From positions 1-64,000 of the IMG/VR virus record IMGVR_UViG_2599185107_000001: a stretch of DNA of 64,000 bases. The stretch is one strand, 5' to 3'. Source of the stretch: an uncultured virus (IMG/VR IMGVR_UViG_2599185107_000001). Its lineage: Duplodnaviria; Heunggongvirae; Uroviricota; Caudoviricetes. The position numbers were made by a program, and so were the translations under genes. This document shows, piece after piece, positions 19,500-29,376 of the stretch (position 1 is its first letter; each line of letters starts with the position of its first letter). The notes below the pieces were generated by a model. The model ran no database searches. It was given only the letters and a program-made list of their open reading frames with translations, and was not told the DNA's origin.

Positions 19500-21692
19500 C
19501 TAGTTCTTGAAGGTTGAGAGGTAGTCGATCATGTCGGTGGTATCCGGACGCTTTGGCCCAACTACGGCTGGCTTGTCGCCCAGCTTCAGTACCGTGGGCT
19601 TCAGCGACGGGTCGCCCTTGGCAGTACGCATTGCTGCAGCCTGTACGGGGTCGATGCCCATGACGGTCAGCTTGGCCTTGTTCTGCGCATCAAATCTGGC
19701 CTGCTTCTCGGCCTCGTCGCGTTTCCACTGGTTGACGCCAGCAGCAGTCTTGTTGGGATCAAACAGCACAGGGCGCTGCGTACCGTCGCTAGCCTTTCCG
19801 TAGATGGGGAAGCCATCGCGGCTATGGAGGATGAACACGTTTGGGTCATCTTCTGTAGGTGCAGCAAAGACTCCGCTTGCTGTTCCCTTGGGAATCGCTC
19901 CGGCTTTCTCGGCATCTACCGCTGCGCGTCGGACGAACTCCGTTACACCAGATTCCGCCCCTGTCCGCATACCTCCGCGCGGCACCCAGCGACCGTTGAC
20001 GTTCGCCAAGTCACCTTGCACGCGTTTGAATGCGGTAGCGACCGCAGCGTCCGGCGGGGCCATAGGGTTGCGCATTGCTAATCGGGTCGCTTCACGCTGG
20101 ACGCGATCATGCAACCACGGTGGCATAGGCGTTCCGTCAGGCATCTCATCGACCTTCTTGAAGTACGCCGTCGCGGCGCGCCCAATCCGCGCAGAGACCT
20201 CAGCACGTACTGCTTTTTGTTCAGGACGGGTGATCTGTTGAAGCGCCTCTTGCTCGCTCATGCCGAATGTCGTTCGGTTCTCGTGGTATTCGTTCATGAG
20301 AATCGCGTTGTCTTCCGACACGTACCGCATGGCAGTGATGGGGTCGATGTCGGCGATAGCCTTGTAGGTGGCGTAGTTCTGCGTCAGGTTCGTTGACGTG
20401 GTGCGGCCGATGAGGTCCTGCACAGCGGGGATGACCACGCCGGCTCTGGTAGCGCGGGCGAGGGCGGTACCCATCGCCTGCTTGTTGCCCGCCTTGACCG
20501 CATCCGTCCACTCCTTCGAGAACGCCTTCTGCAGCTGGTGGGTTTCAAGGGTGAGGCCTTGCCCCGCCGTGAGAACTTGGATGGTTTCCTTATGGCGCGC
20601 CGCCTCCTTGGCCTCCTGTTCCATCCGGCGGATGCCGGCTTGGTTCTGGTCGTACCAATGGCGGACGAAGGTGTGGCGATCCTTGCCGGACAGGCCAAGA
20701 GCATCCGCGTTGGCATTGATGCTCGCCTCGGTCATGCGACCAACGTAGGCCTGGTCCTGCCATGTGACCTCTTTCTCGGCCTGCACGGACGCCTGCCGCT
20801 CCTCCAGCATCCGTTGCTGGATTGCAGCACCAGCGCGGGCGGCTTGGGTAAAAGTGTCACCCCAGGTCCCCTCGCCGTGCTTGCGGTCCCACAGGGATGT
20901 GCCGTTCTCGTCGCTGGTCTTCTGGGCGAACTCGGAGAGCGCTTTGATATTGCCCTCGCCGGTCGCCAGCACGTCCACGATCTGGCCTGCGGCTTGGTCG
21001 TAGAACTCATTGCGGGTGACGTAGGCGAATTCCTCGGTGTCGAGTGCCTGGGCGAATCGCTCGATGGCGCCGGGTTGCAATAGAGAGCCGTCGAGGGCGG
21101 CGTTGCGCAGCATCGCACCCACGTTCTCGGTCTGCCGCTCTAGCAGTTCAGCCGTCTCAGTCTTGGAGTGGACATCGAGTGCCTGCTGGCGGAGTTGTGC
21201 GACTGCGGGCTGCAGCTGTGCCATGACTTGCGGGTCTTGGAACTCCTTCTGCTGCATCAGGCCGCTCAGGGTCTCCTGGATGGCCGCCTGAGGATCTTCG
21301 CCAACGTCCAGTGCGGCGACACGGGCGATGAGTCCGCGCTTCGCGTCGCTGAGCTTGTTGGACGCTTCGGTTACGTAATAGCCCCGACGGAAGGCCGGAG
21401 TGAAGGAGGCTAGCGCGTCTTGCGACTGCGCGGCCGTGCCATCTAACGATTCTTGAGTGCGTTGCTGCTCGCCCTTAAGTGCGTCTTCGCGGTTCTGTCG
21501 AACCTGGCGATCCTGCTGCAGGCCGTTGGCTGCGGCCGACAGGCGCCCAAGGACACCTGCGGTAACGTTGGAAACCGCGGAGTAGCTCTGCGCCGCTGCG
21601 CCGCTGACCTGGGCGCGGTACTGCTCGGGGGCAGATTGCCGCGACTCGATCACGGCGCGGCGCTGGATGCCGCGCTCGTTAACCCTTGCCAT
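19500..21692 (-). CDS. Internal virion protein (gp15 position)
   Basis: 730 aa, helical; synteny. Confidence 0.8.
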   Translation of the reverse strand: MARVNERGIQRRAVIESRQSAPEQYRAQVSGAAAQSYSAVSNVTAGVLGRLSAAANGLQQDRQVRQNREDALKGEQQRTQESLDGTAAQSQDALASFTPAFRRGYYVTEASNKLSDAKRGLIARVAALDVGEDPQAAIQETLSGLMQQKEFQDPQVMAQLQPAVAQLRQQALDVHSKTETAELLERQTENVGAMLRNAALDGSLLQPGAIERFAQALDTEEFAYVTRNEFYDQAAGQIVDVLATGEGNIKALSEFAQKTSDENGTSLWDRKHGEGTWGDTFTQAARAGAAIQQRMLEERQASVQAEKEVTWQDQAYVGRMTEASINANADALGLSGKDRHTFVRHWYDQNQAGIRRMEQEAKEAARHKETIQVLTAGQGLTLETHQLQKAFSKEWTDAVKAGNKQAMGTALARATRAGVVIPAVQDLIGRTTSTNLTQNYATYKAIADIDPITAMRYVSEDNAILMNEYHENRTTFGMSEQEALQQITRPEQKAVRAEVSARIGRAATAYFKKVDEMPDGTPMPPWLHDRVQREATRLAMRNPMAPPDAAVATAFKRVQGDLANVNGRWVPRGGMRTGAESGVTEFVRRAAVDAEKAGAIPKGTASGVFAAPTEDDPNVFILHSRDGFPIYGKASDGTQRPVLFDPNKTAAGVNQWKRDEAEKQARFDAQNKAKLTVMGIDPVQAAAMRTAKGDPSLKPTVLKLGDKPAVVGPKRPDTTDMIDYLSTFKN

Positions 21693-22143
21693 TGGTGTCG
21701 CCTCGCTTCTTGATCTGGTAGTTGCTGTAAGCGCCTGTAGCGCCGCCAGCGGCGGAGTTGATTGCGCCCCCGACCATCTCGGCGTTGGCGACTCGGACGC
21801 GTGCCGCTGCGTCCGCGGAAGATGCGGCGATGCCGCGCTCGCGGTTGCCTTCGATCAGTGCTACGTCACGGCCCGCTTGGGTCATGATGTCGTTGTCGAT
21901 AGCCTGCAGAGAGTTGCCGCCGATGGCAGCCTCAGCTGCTGACGCTCGCGCGGTTGCGCGGAGGGATCGGGCCTCTGCCATTCGCTGCATGGTGTCCACC
22001 TGCGCCTTCGCGTCGATCTGGTCTTGCTCGGCTTGCATCTGCTCGCCGATGGCCTTGGCCTGTTGCTTGCCCTGGTATACGGCGGTGCCCGCTCCGATGA
22101 CTGCCATCGCAATCGGTACGGAGAAAACGCCGCCGTCACACAT
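21679..22143 (-). CDS. Internal virion protein (gp14-like)
   Basis: MCD start; Ala/Gln-rich; GGNS motif. Confidence 0.8.
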   Translation of the reverse strand: MCDGGVFSVPIAMAVIGAGTAVYQGKQQAKAIGEQMQAEQDQIDAKAQVDTMQRMAEARSLRATARASAAEAAIGGNSLQAIDNDIMTQAGRDVALIEGNRERGIAASSADAAARVRVANAEMVGGAINSAAGGATGAYSNYQIKKRGDTNGKG

Positions 22144-22597
22144 TGCCGATCTTGTAGAAGTAGCGGAACGGCACCTGCGCGGGGCCGTAGGGGACGGGTG
22201 CCGAGAAATTGAAGCCGACAGCGGCAAGCCATCGCTTCGAGACCTCGTTGCTGTCGTCCACGAAGTTGTGCAGGACAGAGAACCTCTCGCGCCAGTCATC
22301 AGTGATGCGGCGCGTCTCGGTCACCATCAGGCGCGGGATGGTTGCCAGGGCGTCAGTGCCCAGGAGCCAAACGGTTGCGCCCAGGCCGCCCCCGTAGGAG
22401 ACCCCGAAGATGCCTTCGGGGTTTCCATCTAGGACGATGCAGAACACCGCATCTGCGTCGTTGCAGGACTTCAGAAGAGCTTCGAGCGGAGTGTCGCCGC
22501 TTGCGGCAGCGACCTCCAGAACGTCGGCGTCCCGCATACGTGCGGCCACGCTCAGGATGTCCCCCGAGCTGGGCGGACGGTATTCGAGAACGGTCAA
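22136..22597 (-). CDS. gp13-like (GNAT-fold) assembly protein
   Basis: MRDADVLEV, VWLLGTD, LHNFVD..N..SKRWL..VGF. Confidence 0.8.
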   Translation of the reverse strand: MTVLEYRPPSSGDILSVAARMRDADVLEVAAASGDTPLEALLKSCNDADAVFCIVLDGNPEGIFGVSYGGGLGATVWLLGTDALATIPRLMVTETRRITDDWRERFSVLHNFVDDSNEVSKRWLAAVGFNFSAPVPYGPAQVPFRYFYKIGNV

Positions 22598-24714
22598 ACA
22601 GAACTCCTTGAAGAGAATAGTGCGCGGTACTGCGCAGACTGAAGCCAGCACTGAAACGGCAGGCGGTTGCGTAGGACGATCCGACAGTTGTCGGATCGTG
22701 CCTGTACGGGGAAGCGGCGCTCGCCGGAGTGGAAGTTAGGGCTACCCAAGCGGAACACCTCGTCGCCCAGCGTGCGGGCCGTGAACAGCCCTGAGTGCGA
22801 TGCGAGGTATGTCTGCGGGTCTCTCTCGCGGCCACGGGTGATGACCTCTACCTCGAAATAGGCGGCGTCCTTGTAGGCGACTGTGATGTCACGAACCTGG
22901 AGGCGCCCGACGAGGATTGAGTTGTTCCGCTGGTCGCGGAGGTAGGCTCGGGTCAGTTCGACGGAGAAGTCGTAGCTCACGCCGATTGCAAGGCGCCCGG
23001 CTGCCAGGTTGCCCTGAAACCGGATTCCCATTCCGCCGTTGATGAGTGTTGCGCCCGTCAGGTCCACCAGCTCGCCTGGAGATGCCCAGTCGTCTGTCTT
23101 GCCGATGACCAGGCCGTCCATGCTGGCGAGCGTGTAGGGGAGATTGATGTCGGTGTAGTTGCCGAATGCGTAGTAGTCCGGCCGGACCACCACAAGGCGA
23201 TCCAGCAACAACGAGTAGTCCTCGGTGAAGTCTGCCTCCTCTGCAGTCAGCGATAGGCTTAGCTTAAGCAGCTCAACGCCGCCGCGCGGTGACTCAGCGG
23301 CCACATACAGGTCATCGGAGTTGGAATGCAGGTGAACCACGCGGCCGACGCCGGAGAGGTCCCATCGTGCCCAGGACGACTGTGACTTCTCATTGCCGGC
23401 CCATCTCACGAAATAGGCGTAGAGCTGCGACGGGGAATCGACAGGAGCTACAACCAGCGCGTCGGCTCCCGGCACTGCGGCCATTGTCCGGAGCTTACCG
23501 GGGATCAGTCGAGGCACATGCGCGGTCACGTCAGCAGCGTCCCCGGTGATCGATACGTCGTCCACGAAATACTCGCGGAGCACGGAGAAGGCCCCTGAGT
23601 CGGAGGCGAAGTACAGGGTGTCGCCCAGCAGGACCGGGCGGACGTAGAGGGAGCACTCGTAGTTGACCAGCTCGTCGACCTTGGGGGTCTTCGGGGTCAG
23701 CATCGGATCGGCCGTCATCTGGAAGTTGGCGCGGTCGCCGAACATCAAGAGGGACGACTGGAACGGCACGCCGAACTGCAGCTGCGCTACGCCGCGCGAC
23801 TGCACAGCGAAGTCGATCACGTCGGAGTCGAGGAGCTGCTGGGTCGTGGTTCGCCAGAAGTTGAATGGATGGCCGATTTCGGAGAGGCAGGTGTTCTCGG
23901 TGGACATCAGGCCCAGGCGGCCCCGATGAAAGAACACGTCGCGGATCTTCTCGTCGATGAAGCTGGGCGGGCCGATGGTGGTGTCGTCGCCGGCCAGGCG
24001 CTTGTCCCAGTCCATCGGGCCGAAGCTGAAGAACAGGCCGTCGCCGTGGACCGGGTCGACCACGCGCTTCAGCAGGTGAGGCATCGTGGTCTTATCGAAC
24101 GTGTTGTAAGCACCGGGCCGGGCAATCTCTTGCCACACGCCCTTGCCGGCGCGCTGGACCACGAAGTTGTCGTACTTGTTGCCGCTGGCGCCGAGGATTT
24201 CGTAGATGGCGCCGGTAGGTACAACCACGTTCTTGTCGGGCTTCGGCAGGTCCGTGAAGGTCTGGACCGATCCGGTGATGCGGCCTGGCGCCTTCTCGGT
24301 GCTCATCTTGGCCGTGACCTGAGTGTTCACGATGAACGTGGTGTCCGCCTGCGTGCAGGTGCGGAACACGGACCAGGGCTGCTTGTCGGTCGCCAGGTAC
24401 GCGGCCGAGCCCTCGGCCATCAGCACGTCGTACTCGTAGCCGGTCTCGTGGTTGAACACGCGGACCTTGCCGCTCTCGACGACCACCAGGTAGTGCTCCA
24501 CGCTGTCACGGACGATGGAATGGAAGTGCGCGTGAGGGGCGATATCGTTGCCCAGCACTTTGACGAACTGCGCCGCGGGGCGCTTGCCGGTGCCCATGGC
24601 GGAATGTAGCCAGGTGTTATGAGCGTCGGTGACTTGTGTTGCGTTGCGGACGGATGCGTCCTGCTGTGAGACACCGCCCAGGAAGGACGGATAGCTGCCG
24701 GTTTCCAGACTCAA
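22594..24714 (-). CDS. Tail tubular protein B (gp12-like)
   Basis: GGVSQQ, RLAGDD, FFHRGRLG, DVTAHVP, QSSWARW. Confidence 0.93.
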   Translation of the reverse strand: MSLETGSYPSFLGGVSQQDASVRNATQVTDAHNTWLHSAMGTGKRPAAQFVKVLGNDIAPHAHFHSIVRDSVEHYLVVVESGKVRVFNHETGYEYDVLMAEGSAAYLATDKQPWSVFRTCTQADTTFIVNTQVTAKMSTEKAPGRITGSVQTFTDLPKPDKNVVVPTGAIYEILGASGNKYDNFVVQRAGKGVWQEIARPGAYNTFDKTTMPHLLKRVVDPVHGDGLFFSFGPMDWDKRLAGDDTTIGPPSFIDEKIRDVFFHRGRLGLMSTENTCLSEIGHPFNFWRTTTQQLLDSDVIDFAVQSRGVAQLQFGVPFQSSLLMFGDRANFQMTADPMLTPKTPKVDELVNYECSLYVRPVLLGDTLYFASDSGAFSVLREYFVDDVSITGDAADVTAHVPRLIPGKLRTMAAVPGADALVVAPVDSPSQLYAYFVRWAGNEKSQSSWARWDLSGVGRVVHLHSNSDDLYVAAESPRGGVELLKLSLSLTAEEADFTEDYSLLLDRLVVVRPDYYAFGNYTDINLPYTLASMDGLVIGKTDDWASPGELVDLTGATLINGGMGIRFQGNLAAGRLAIGVSYDFSVELTRAYLRDQRNNSILVGRLQVRDITVAYKDAAYFEVEVITRGRERDPQTYLASHSGLFTARTLGDEVFRLGSPNFHSGERRFPVQARSDNCRIVLRNRLPFQCWLQSAQYRALFSSRSSV

Positions 24715-25304
24715 GTGCGGTTCGCGATGGCGGAGGTGTCGGTGTCGTCGTTGAGGAAGTTGGCGCCCTTGGCGAACTCGAAGTCGTCGGCCTCGTCGGC
24801 CAGCAGGGCCAGCGCGGCGCCCTCGTGGTCTTCGGTGAAGCCGTTGAGCGACTCGCTGCCCAGCACGTTCTTCTGGAAGATGCGGGCCGCGCGGATGGCG
24901 ATGTAGCGCCGGACGGTCTCCGGCAGAAGCTCGAAGTCCATGAACCAGACCACCCTGGCGGACGGCGCCGCGTCGGCAGCGAACACGTCAGTAGCGTTGG
25001 TCAGGTCGTACAGGAAGCCGTTGCGGTGGGTGATGCGGGCGGAGCCTCGGCCCAGCGGCCGGATGCTCAGAATGAGGTTAGGGAGCGGGACACGGTTGTC
25101 GGCGTTGAGCACGAACGTGTAGCTCTCGTCGGTGTTGAACCACCAGGCGGCGGTTTGCACCTCGCGCGATACGCCGCGAAGGGTGCGAATGGCAATGGCA
25201 ACGTCGGTGTTGCCGACCGCTTCCAGGGCGCTTACGGGCTGTTCGCCGATCACGGCGAGCATCTCGTTGACGGCCTCAAGCTCAGTGGTCGGGATCAGGT
25301 CCAT
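24711..25304 (-). CDS. Tail tubular protein A (gp11-like)
   Basis: TELEAVNEMLAVIGEQPV, WWFN, YIAIRAARIF. Confidence 0.93.
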   Translation of the reverse strand: MDLIPTTELEAVNEMLAVIGEQPVSALEAVGNTDVAIAIRTLRGVSREVQTAAWWFNTDESYTFVLNADNRVPLPNLILSIRPLGRGSARITHRNGFLYDLTNATDVFAADAAPSARVVWFMDFELLPETVRRYIAIRAARIFQKNVLGSESLNGFTEDHEGAALALLADEADDFEFAKGANFLNDDTDTSAIANRT

Positions 25305-25324
25305 GCGGTTCTCTTGAAGTGGTC

Positions 25325-25362
25325 AAAAAAAACCGGAGGTCCCCGTTAAGAGACCCCCGGTT
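25325..25362 (-). terminator. T-phi-like terminator after the capsid gene
   Basis: AACCGGGGGTCTC-TTAACG-GGGACCTCCGGTT followed by a T-run. Confidence 0.85.
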
Positions 25363-25456
25363 AGGAGGAGATTGAGAGTGGCGACTTGACGATCTAGGTA
25401 TGTGGTGCCGCCAGCACGACCGAGCTTCCTTCTGGAACTCTCAATCTACTTTGGGC

Positions 25457-26407
25457 TTACTTGGTGCCTAGCTCGACAGCACCGTCGCCACGCAGCTCGC
25501 CGTGGCCCAGTGCGTACTTGGACAGCATCAGGGTGCCCTGCTTGTTGCCCTGGTACACGTCCTCGACGGACAGACCCAGCAGCTGCAGCGTGCCCACCGC
25601 CGAGCGGTGGAAGATGACGCCCGCGGTGCCGCTGTAGTCGCCGCGGTACTTGGCCTGCAGCGTCGCATCGGCCGACTCGTCGATGCCCGGCAGGGCGTTG
25701 ACCTTCAGCAGCGGGATGCGTGCGATGGACGAAATGACGGCGTCGTTGTAGCTGCCCTTCGACTCGGTGTTGATGTCCTTGTCGATCAGGTCCTTGTTCT
25801 CGGTCAGCAGGTAATACTGAGCCGGACGCAGCGCACCCGTGAACTCCTGCGGGTTCTCCGAGATGCCCTTCTCGTCGAAGTTCTGGCGCGCGGCGCGGAA
25901 CGCCTTCGCCATCACGACCGGGTCAGTCAGCATCGCAGCGTTGACGATGCGCAGGCCGCCCGGCTGGCCGTCGACCACCGAGTCGGTGATGCGGGCTGCA
26001 CGGATGGCGCAACGCAGTTCGTTCTTCATGCGCTGCAGAGCCAGCTCGGCGCCCTGCAGGCGGGTGTACTCGCCGCGCACGTCGAAGTGGTTCATGGCCT
26101 CGTCGATGTTCGCGATGAACACGTCCGAGATGAGCATCGGGTCGAGCGTCAGGATGCGCTCGTTGTGGTCCACGGTCTGGCCCAGGATGTCGGTGCCGGG
26201 GACGTGGTAACGCGAGCCGACCTTGCCGATTGCCGGGAACGACGCGGACTTGCCGGAAGAGATTGTGCGCGTCATGACGCGGCCTTCCAGCTTGTAGTTC
26301 TCGATGAACGAGGTATCGACCTCGGCCATGTAGTTCTGCATGAACAGCGCCCAGGCATCGCCCTGCTTGTTGATCTGACCGATGCGGCTGGGATTGGAAT
26401 CTGCCAT
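25457..26407 (-). CDS. Major capsid protein (gp10-like)
   Basis: RTISSGKSASFP, DEAMNHFDVRGEY, YALGHGELR. Confidence 0.96.
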   Translation of the reverse strand: MADSNPSRIGQINKQGDAWALFMQNYMAEVDTSFIENYKLEGRVMTRTISSGKSASFPAIGKVGSRYHVPGTDILGQTVDHNERILTLDPMLISDVFIANIDEAMNHFDVRGEYTRLQGAELALQRMKNELRCAIRAARITDSVVDGQPGGLRIVNAAMLTDPVVMAKAFRAARQNFDEKGISENPQEFTGALRPAQYYLLTENKDLIDKDINTESKGSYNDAVISSIARIPLLKVNALPGIDESADATLQAKYRGDYSGTAGVIFHRSAVGTLQLLGLSVEDVYQGNKQGTLMLSKYALGHGELRGDGAVELGTK

Positions 26408-26480
26408 TTTGTTTCCTTGGGGTACGGGTGTGCTTCACCTGGGAAACAGGCGAGGCTGGAGTAATTTAGAGAGGGGTGAC

Positions 26481-27227
26481 TCAGTACACGTCGGAGGCGC
26501 GCAAGCGAGCCGTGTGTCGCTCGCGGTACGCGGGGTCGGAGCGGTACTTCGGATTGCGGATCGCTTCCTGTACCTCGGCGCGCGAGGCATACGGCTGCAC
26601 GCCTGGGGCAGGGGAGGCCTTGCCGTTAATCAGAACAGCTGGAGCGGAGGTCTTTGCCTGCGCGGCCAGGCCAGCGACAGCCAACTTGGCACGTGCGGCA
26701 TCGCCGGAGGTGACAGCGGCATTGAAGGCGTCGATGTCGGCGTCTTCCAGATTCTTGCCGGCCCACTCCAGGAGCTTTGCGTAGCCGTCCTTGCCGCCTG
26801 CCGGGGCGAAGATTCCAGCCTCGTAGGTGGACTGGCGCGCCTTGAGGCCATCCAGATACACGCCGACCAGCTCTTTGGGGAAACCAGCCTTTTCCAAGGA
26901 CTTGAAGCTCTCTTCGGAGATGGTGCCGGTCTCGGCAAACTCCTGAGTGAACACAGTCTGGTCGAGGCCAGCGGCCTTCAGTGCGTCTGCTGCAGCGGCT
27001 TCGTTGGCATCGCTGCCGTTTCCTTCGCCTTCCACTGTCGCGGCTTCTTTGGCCGCCTTCAGCCCAGCATTGCCGGCCGGGTCAGCCGGAGTTGCGGCAG
27101 CCGCGTAGGCTGCCTCCAGTTCTTCGACCGTTTTGTATTTGCCGCCATACAGGCGTTCGGTCTGCTGACCTTCGGTTCCGTCAGCGGCGACCTGGGCCGG
27201 TTGGGTCTCGGAGGTTTGCTCGGTCAC
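26481..27227 (-). CDS. Capsid scaffolding protein (gp9-like)
   Basis: GKYKTVEELEAAY; C-terminal PKYRSDPAYR. Confidence 0.9.
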   Translation of the reverse strand: MTEQTSETQPAQVAADGTEGQQTERLYGGKYKTVEELEAAYAAAATPADPAGNAGLKAAKEAATVEGEGNGSDANEAAAADALKAAGLDQTVFTQEFAETGTISEESFKSLEKAGFPKELVGVYLDGLKARQSTYEAGIFAPAGGKDGYAKLLEWAGKNLEDADIDAFNAAVTSGDAARAKLAVAGLAAQAKTSAPAVLINGKASPAPGVQPYASRAEVQEAIRNPKYRSDPAYRERHTARLRASDVY

Positions 27228-27394
27228 TTGGTCGTGCCCAGCGCGTTGTAGTGGGTGGTGCCGTCGGCGAATTCAGTGATCGTCACGTCGCCCTTCTTGG
27301 TCACGCGCGGATACGTCTTATCGGCCACGGCGTCAGCCCGTGGTGCTGGTGTGCCTGCCTCGTCGGCGGGAGTTGCGGCTTTTGCCATGGTCAT
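27224..27394 (-). CDS. Small hypothetical protein
   Basis: Coupled between portal and scaffold. Confidence 0.5.
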   Translation of the reverse strand: MTMAKAATPADEAGTPAPRADAVADKTYPRVTKKGDVTITEFADGTTHYNALGTTK

Positions 27395-28956
27395 TCCTGG
27401 ATTGGTGAGCCACCTGTCATCGCTGCGTTCACCAAGTTCGGTGCGGCGCGGACAGCTGCCTCGTTCATTGCGGAGGTCTGGTCGTTTTGCTGGATAGCTT
27501 GTGGGTCGAGCACCAGACCCTTTGTGGTGATGTCGGATGCGGCGCCCAGTCGGGACAGCCACTCGCCCCAGTCGATGCGGCGGCCAGCTTCTTGCTCACC
27601 CATGACGCCCTTGGCGGTCTCGCCAAAGCGCACGAGCTTCTCGAAGTCGTGGCCGCGGCCTAGGGCTGCGACACCTACGGTGATGCGTGGTTTGATGAGA
27701 CCTTCCGGCAGCTCCGGGATTGCCCCGTTTTGCTGCAGTCGGAAGAGAATGCGACGGATGAGTGGAACCATCAGCTCGGGGCCGAGCACCGAATAGAGGC
27801 CGGCGCGGTTGTCCTCAAGCACACGGGCGAGATACTGGATTTCTTCTCGGGTCACCCGGTCGCCGCTGCGCTGGATGGCAGTGCCGACGCCGAAGACCAG
27901 CTCCAGGTTGCGGGCGGTGGTGTCGGCTTCGCTCTTGACGAAGGAGAGGTCCTGGAACTTGTCCAAGGTCAAGGAGGAAATGTCGTTCTTGTCGCCGCGG
28001 ATGACGGCGCCCGACTCAGCCTTGGTCAGCTGGTCCGGCTTCATCGCCGAGGTCGGCTTCAGCAGCCAGAGGATTTTGGCGGCAGCTGCAGCCCCCTTCC
28101 GAAGCGCCTTTCGGAGCGCCTCAAGAGTCTCGAACTCACCTCGGTAATCTTCGATCAGGCCGCGACCATAGTCTTCACTAGTGGGTCGAGGGATCGATAC
28201 GGGAATCCAAGGGGGAGCATCGATTGGATAGCTGCCTTCGGTCCCGGCGATGATTACGCCTTCGACCTCCTGATAGCACAGCCAGTTCTCGTTGTTCTCG
28301 TCGCGGTACACGCGGGTGTAAAGCTCAGCGTCTTCGGCCAGCTTCTTCAACCGCTCGGTCTCGGAGACCTTAGCAAGTATGGATTCACGAGCCTCGGCTG
28401 GAAGCATCTGAATTGCGATCATGTCGAGGGTGACAATCTCCAGCACGTTGCCCAGGCCGTCGCGGTCAGCGATGTAGGAGGTCAACGGATAGAGCTTGCC
28501 CGGCCCCTGGTCTGGCACATACAGCAGCCAATTGCCAGTTGCCGCGGAGTGCTTGAAGCCTTCCGCTAGGACCGAACGCAGCTGCGCACCCGCTTCGATT
28601 TCATCCATGACGGCACGTTCGATTTCCGAAAGCGCCGTCTCAAGTTCTCCCTTCTGGATGCCTGCTTCCTGCATGAGCTTGTCCGATTCGGACAAGTCGG
28701 GCTTCAGGGTGAAGGGGGTGATGTTGGGCGGCAAAACTGCCAGTAAAAGTGCATTGGCGATTGCGTTGGCGCAGCGTGCGCCTGTGCCCTGTACGGGAGT
28801 AATGAAAGTCTGTGACTTTTGCTTTGGGTCAACGAACAGTGCTGGGATGGTGACCTTGGTACATGCTTTGGCGCGGGTCTCGGCACTGTTTCGGTTGGGC
28901 TTCAGCTCGTCGTAGCGTTCCTTGGCGGATACGAGGGTCTTGGCGGCGTCAGCCAC
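27391..28956 (-). CDS. Portal / head-tail connector (gp8-like)
   Basis: RDGLGNV, EDYGRG, RVTREEI, ALGRGHD. Confidence 0.95.
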   Translation of the reverse strand: MADAAKTLVSAKERYDELKPNRNSAETRAKACTKVTIPALFVDPKQKSQTFITPVQGTGARCANAIANALLLAVLPPNITPFTLKPDLSESDKLMQEAGIQKGELETALSEIERAVMDEIEAGAQLRSVLAEGFKHSAATGNWLLYVPDQGPGKLYPLTSYIADRDGLGNVLEIVTLDMIAIQMLPAEARESILAKVSETERLKKLAEDAELYTRVYRDENNENWLCYQEVEGVIIAGTEGSYPIDAPPWIPVSIPRPTSEDYGRGLIEDYRGEFETLEALRKALRKGAAAAAKILWLLKPTSAMKPDQLTKAESGAVIRGDKNDISSLTLDKFQDLSFVKSEADTTARNLELVFGVGTAIQRSGDRVTREEIQYLARVLEDNRAGLYSVLGPELMVPLIRRILFRLQQNGAIPELPEGLIKPRITVGVAALGRGHDFEKLVRFGETAKGVMGEQEAGRRIDWGEWLSRLGAASDITTKGLVLDPQAIQQNDQTSAMNEAAVRAAPNLVNAAMTGGSPIQE

Positions 28957-29116
28957 GCGGAATGGTCAATCCTTGGTAGAGCGGGGAGTTCATGTCGCTG
29001 CGCAGGCTAGATTTCTTTCGGGCCTGCGCTGATTGGGACTGGCCGGAGCCGTCGCGTGCGGTGACCAGAATGTCTGGTGTTTCCGTCTTCGGAGTCTTTG
29101 GTTTGGAGCTGCACAT
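28949..29116 (-). CDS. Small virion protein (gp6.7/7.3-like, 55 aa)
   Basis: MCSSKPKTPK...KSSLR...GLTIPRG directly before the portal gene. Confidence 0.7.
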   Translation of the reverse strand: MCSSKPKTPKTETPDILVTARDGSGQSQSAQARKKSSLRSDMNSPLYQGLTIPRG

Positions 29117-29301
29117 CAGTAGCGGTCTCCACGGGACTCTTCGCGTTCCTGCTCGCGCGCGGCCAGGAGTCGAAGTACCAGGCGGCGCTCCCCGGACTTG
29201 AGGAGGAATTCCTCTCGGTCCTGCTCGGGGTCGTAGATAACCTCGGGGTAGATGCGGGCCAGCTCGTCGATCAGCTCGTCGGCGGTCAGGGGAATATTCA
29301 T
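29116..29301 (-). CDS. First late gene, hypothetical
   Basis: 61 aa (LIDELARIYPE...GERRLV) downstream of the late promoter. Confidence 0.7.
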   Translation of the reverse strand: MNIPLTADELIDELARIYPEVIYDPEQDREEFLLKSGERRLVLRLLAAREQEREESRGDRY

Positions 29302-29358
29302 GATTCTTTAGGTGAACTTAGAGTGGATCTAGAAAGGGGAAAACCGTGGGTTTTCCCT

Positions 29359-29376
29359 CTAGAGGCCCGACTAATT
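29359..29376 (-). promoter_or_regulatory. Phage-RNAP late promoter AATTAGTCGGGCCTCTAG (+1 at 29359)
   Basis: 16/18 identical to the copy at 43425-43442; T7-like layout; at the class II/III boundary; transcript begins with a hairpin. Confidence 0.75.

Noticed and set aside
21375..21392. Third phage-promoter copy (GTCGGGGCTAT)
   Set aside because: It is inside a CDS and lacks both the AT-rich upstream element and the +1 G.
25410..25436. SRP-like GAAGGAAGC or ribozyme core in the capsid 3' element
   Set aside because: The match is too short; I recognised no SRP, hammerhead or twister consensus.
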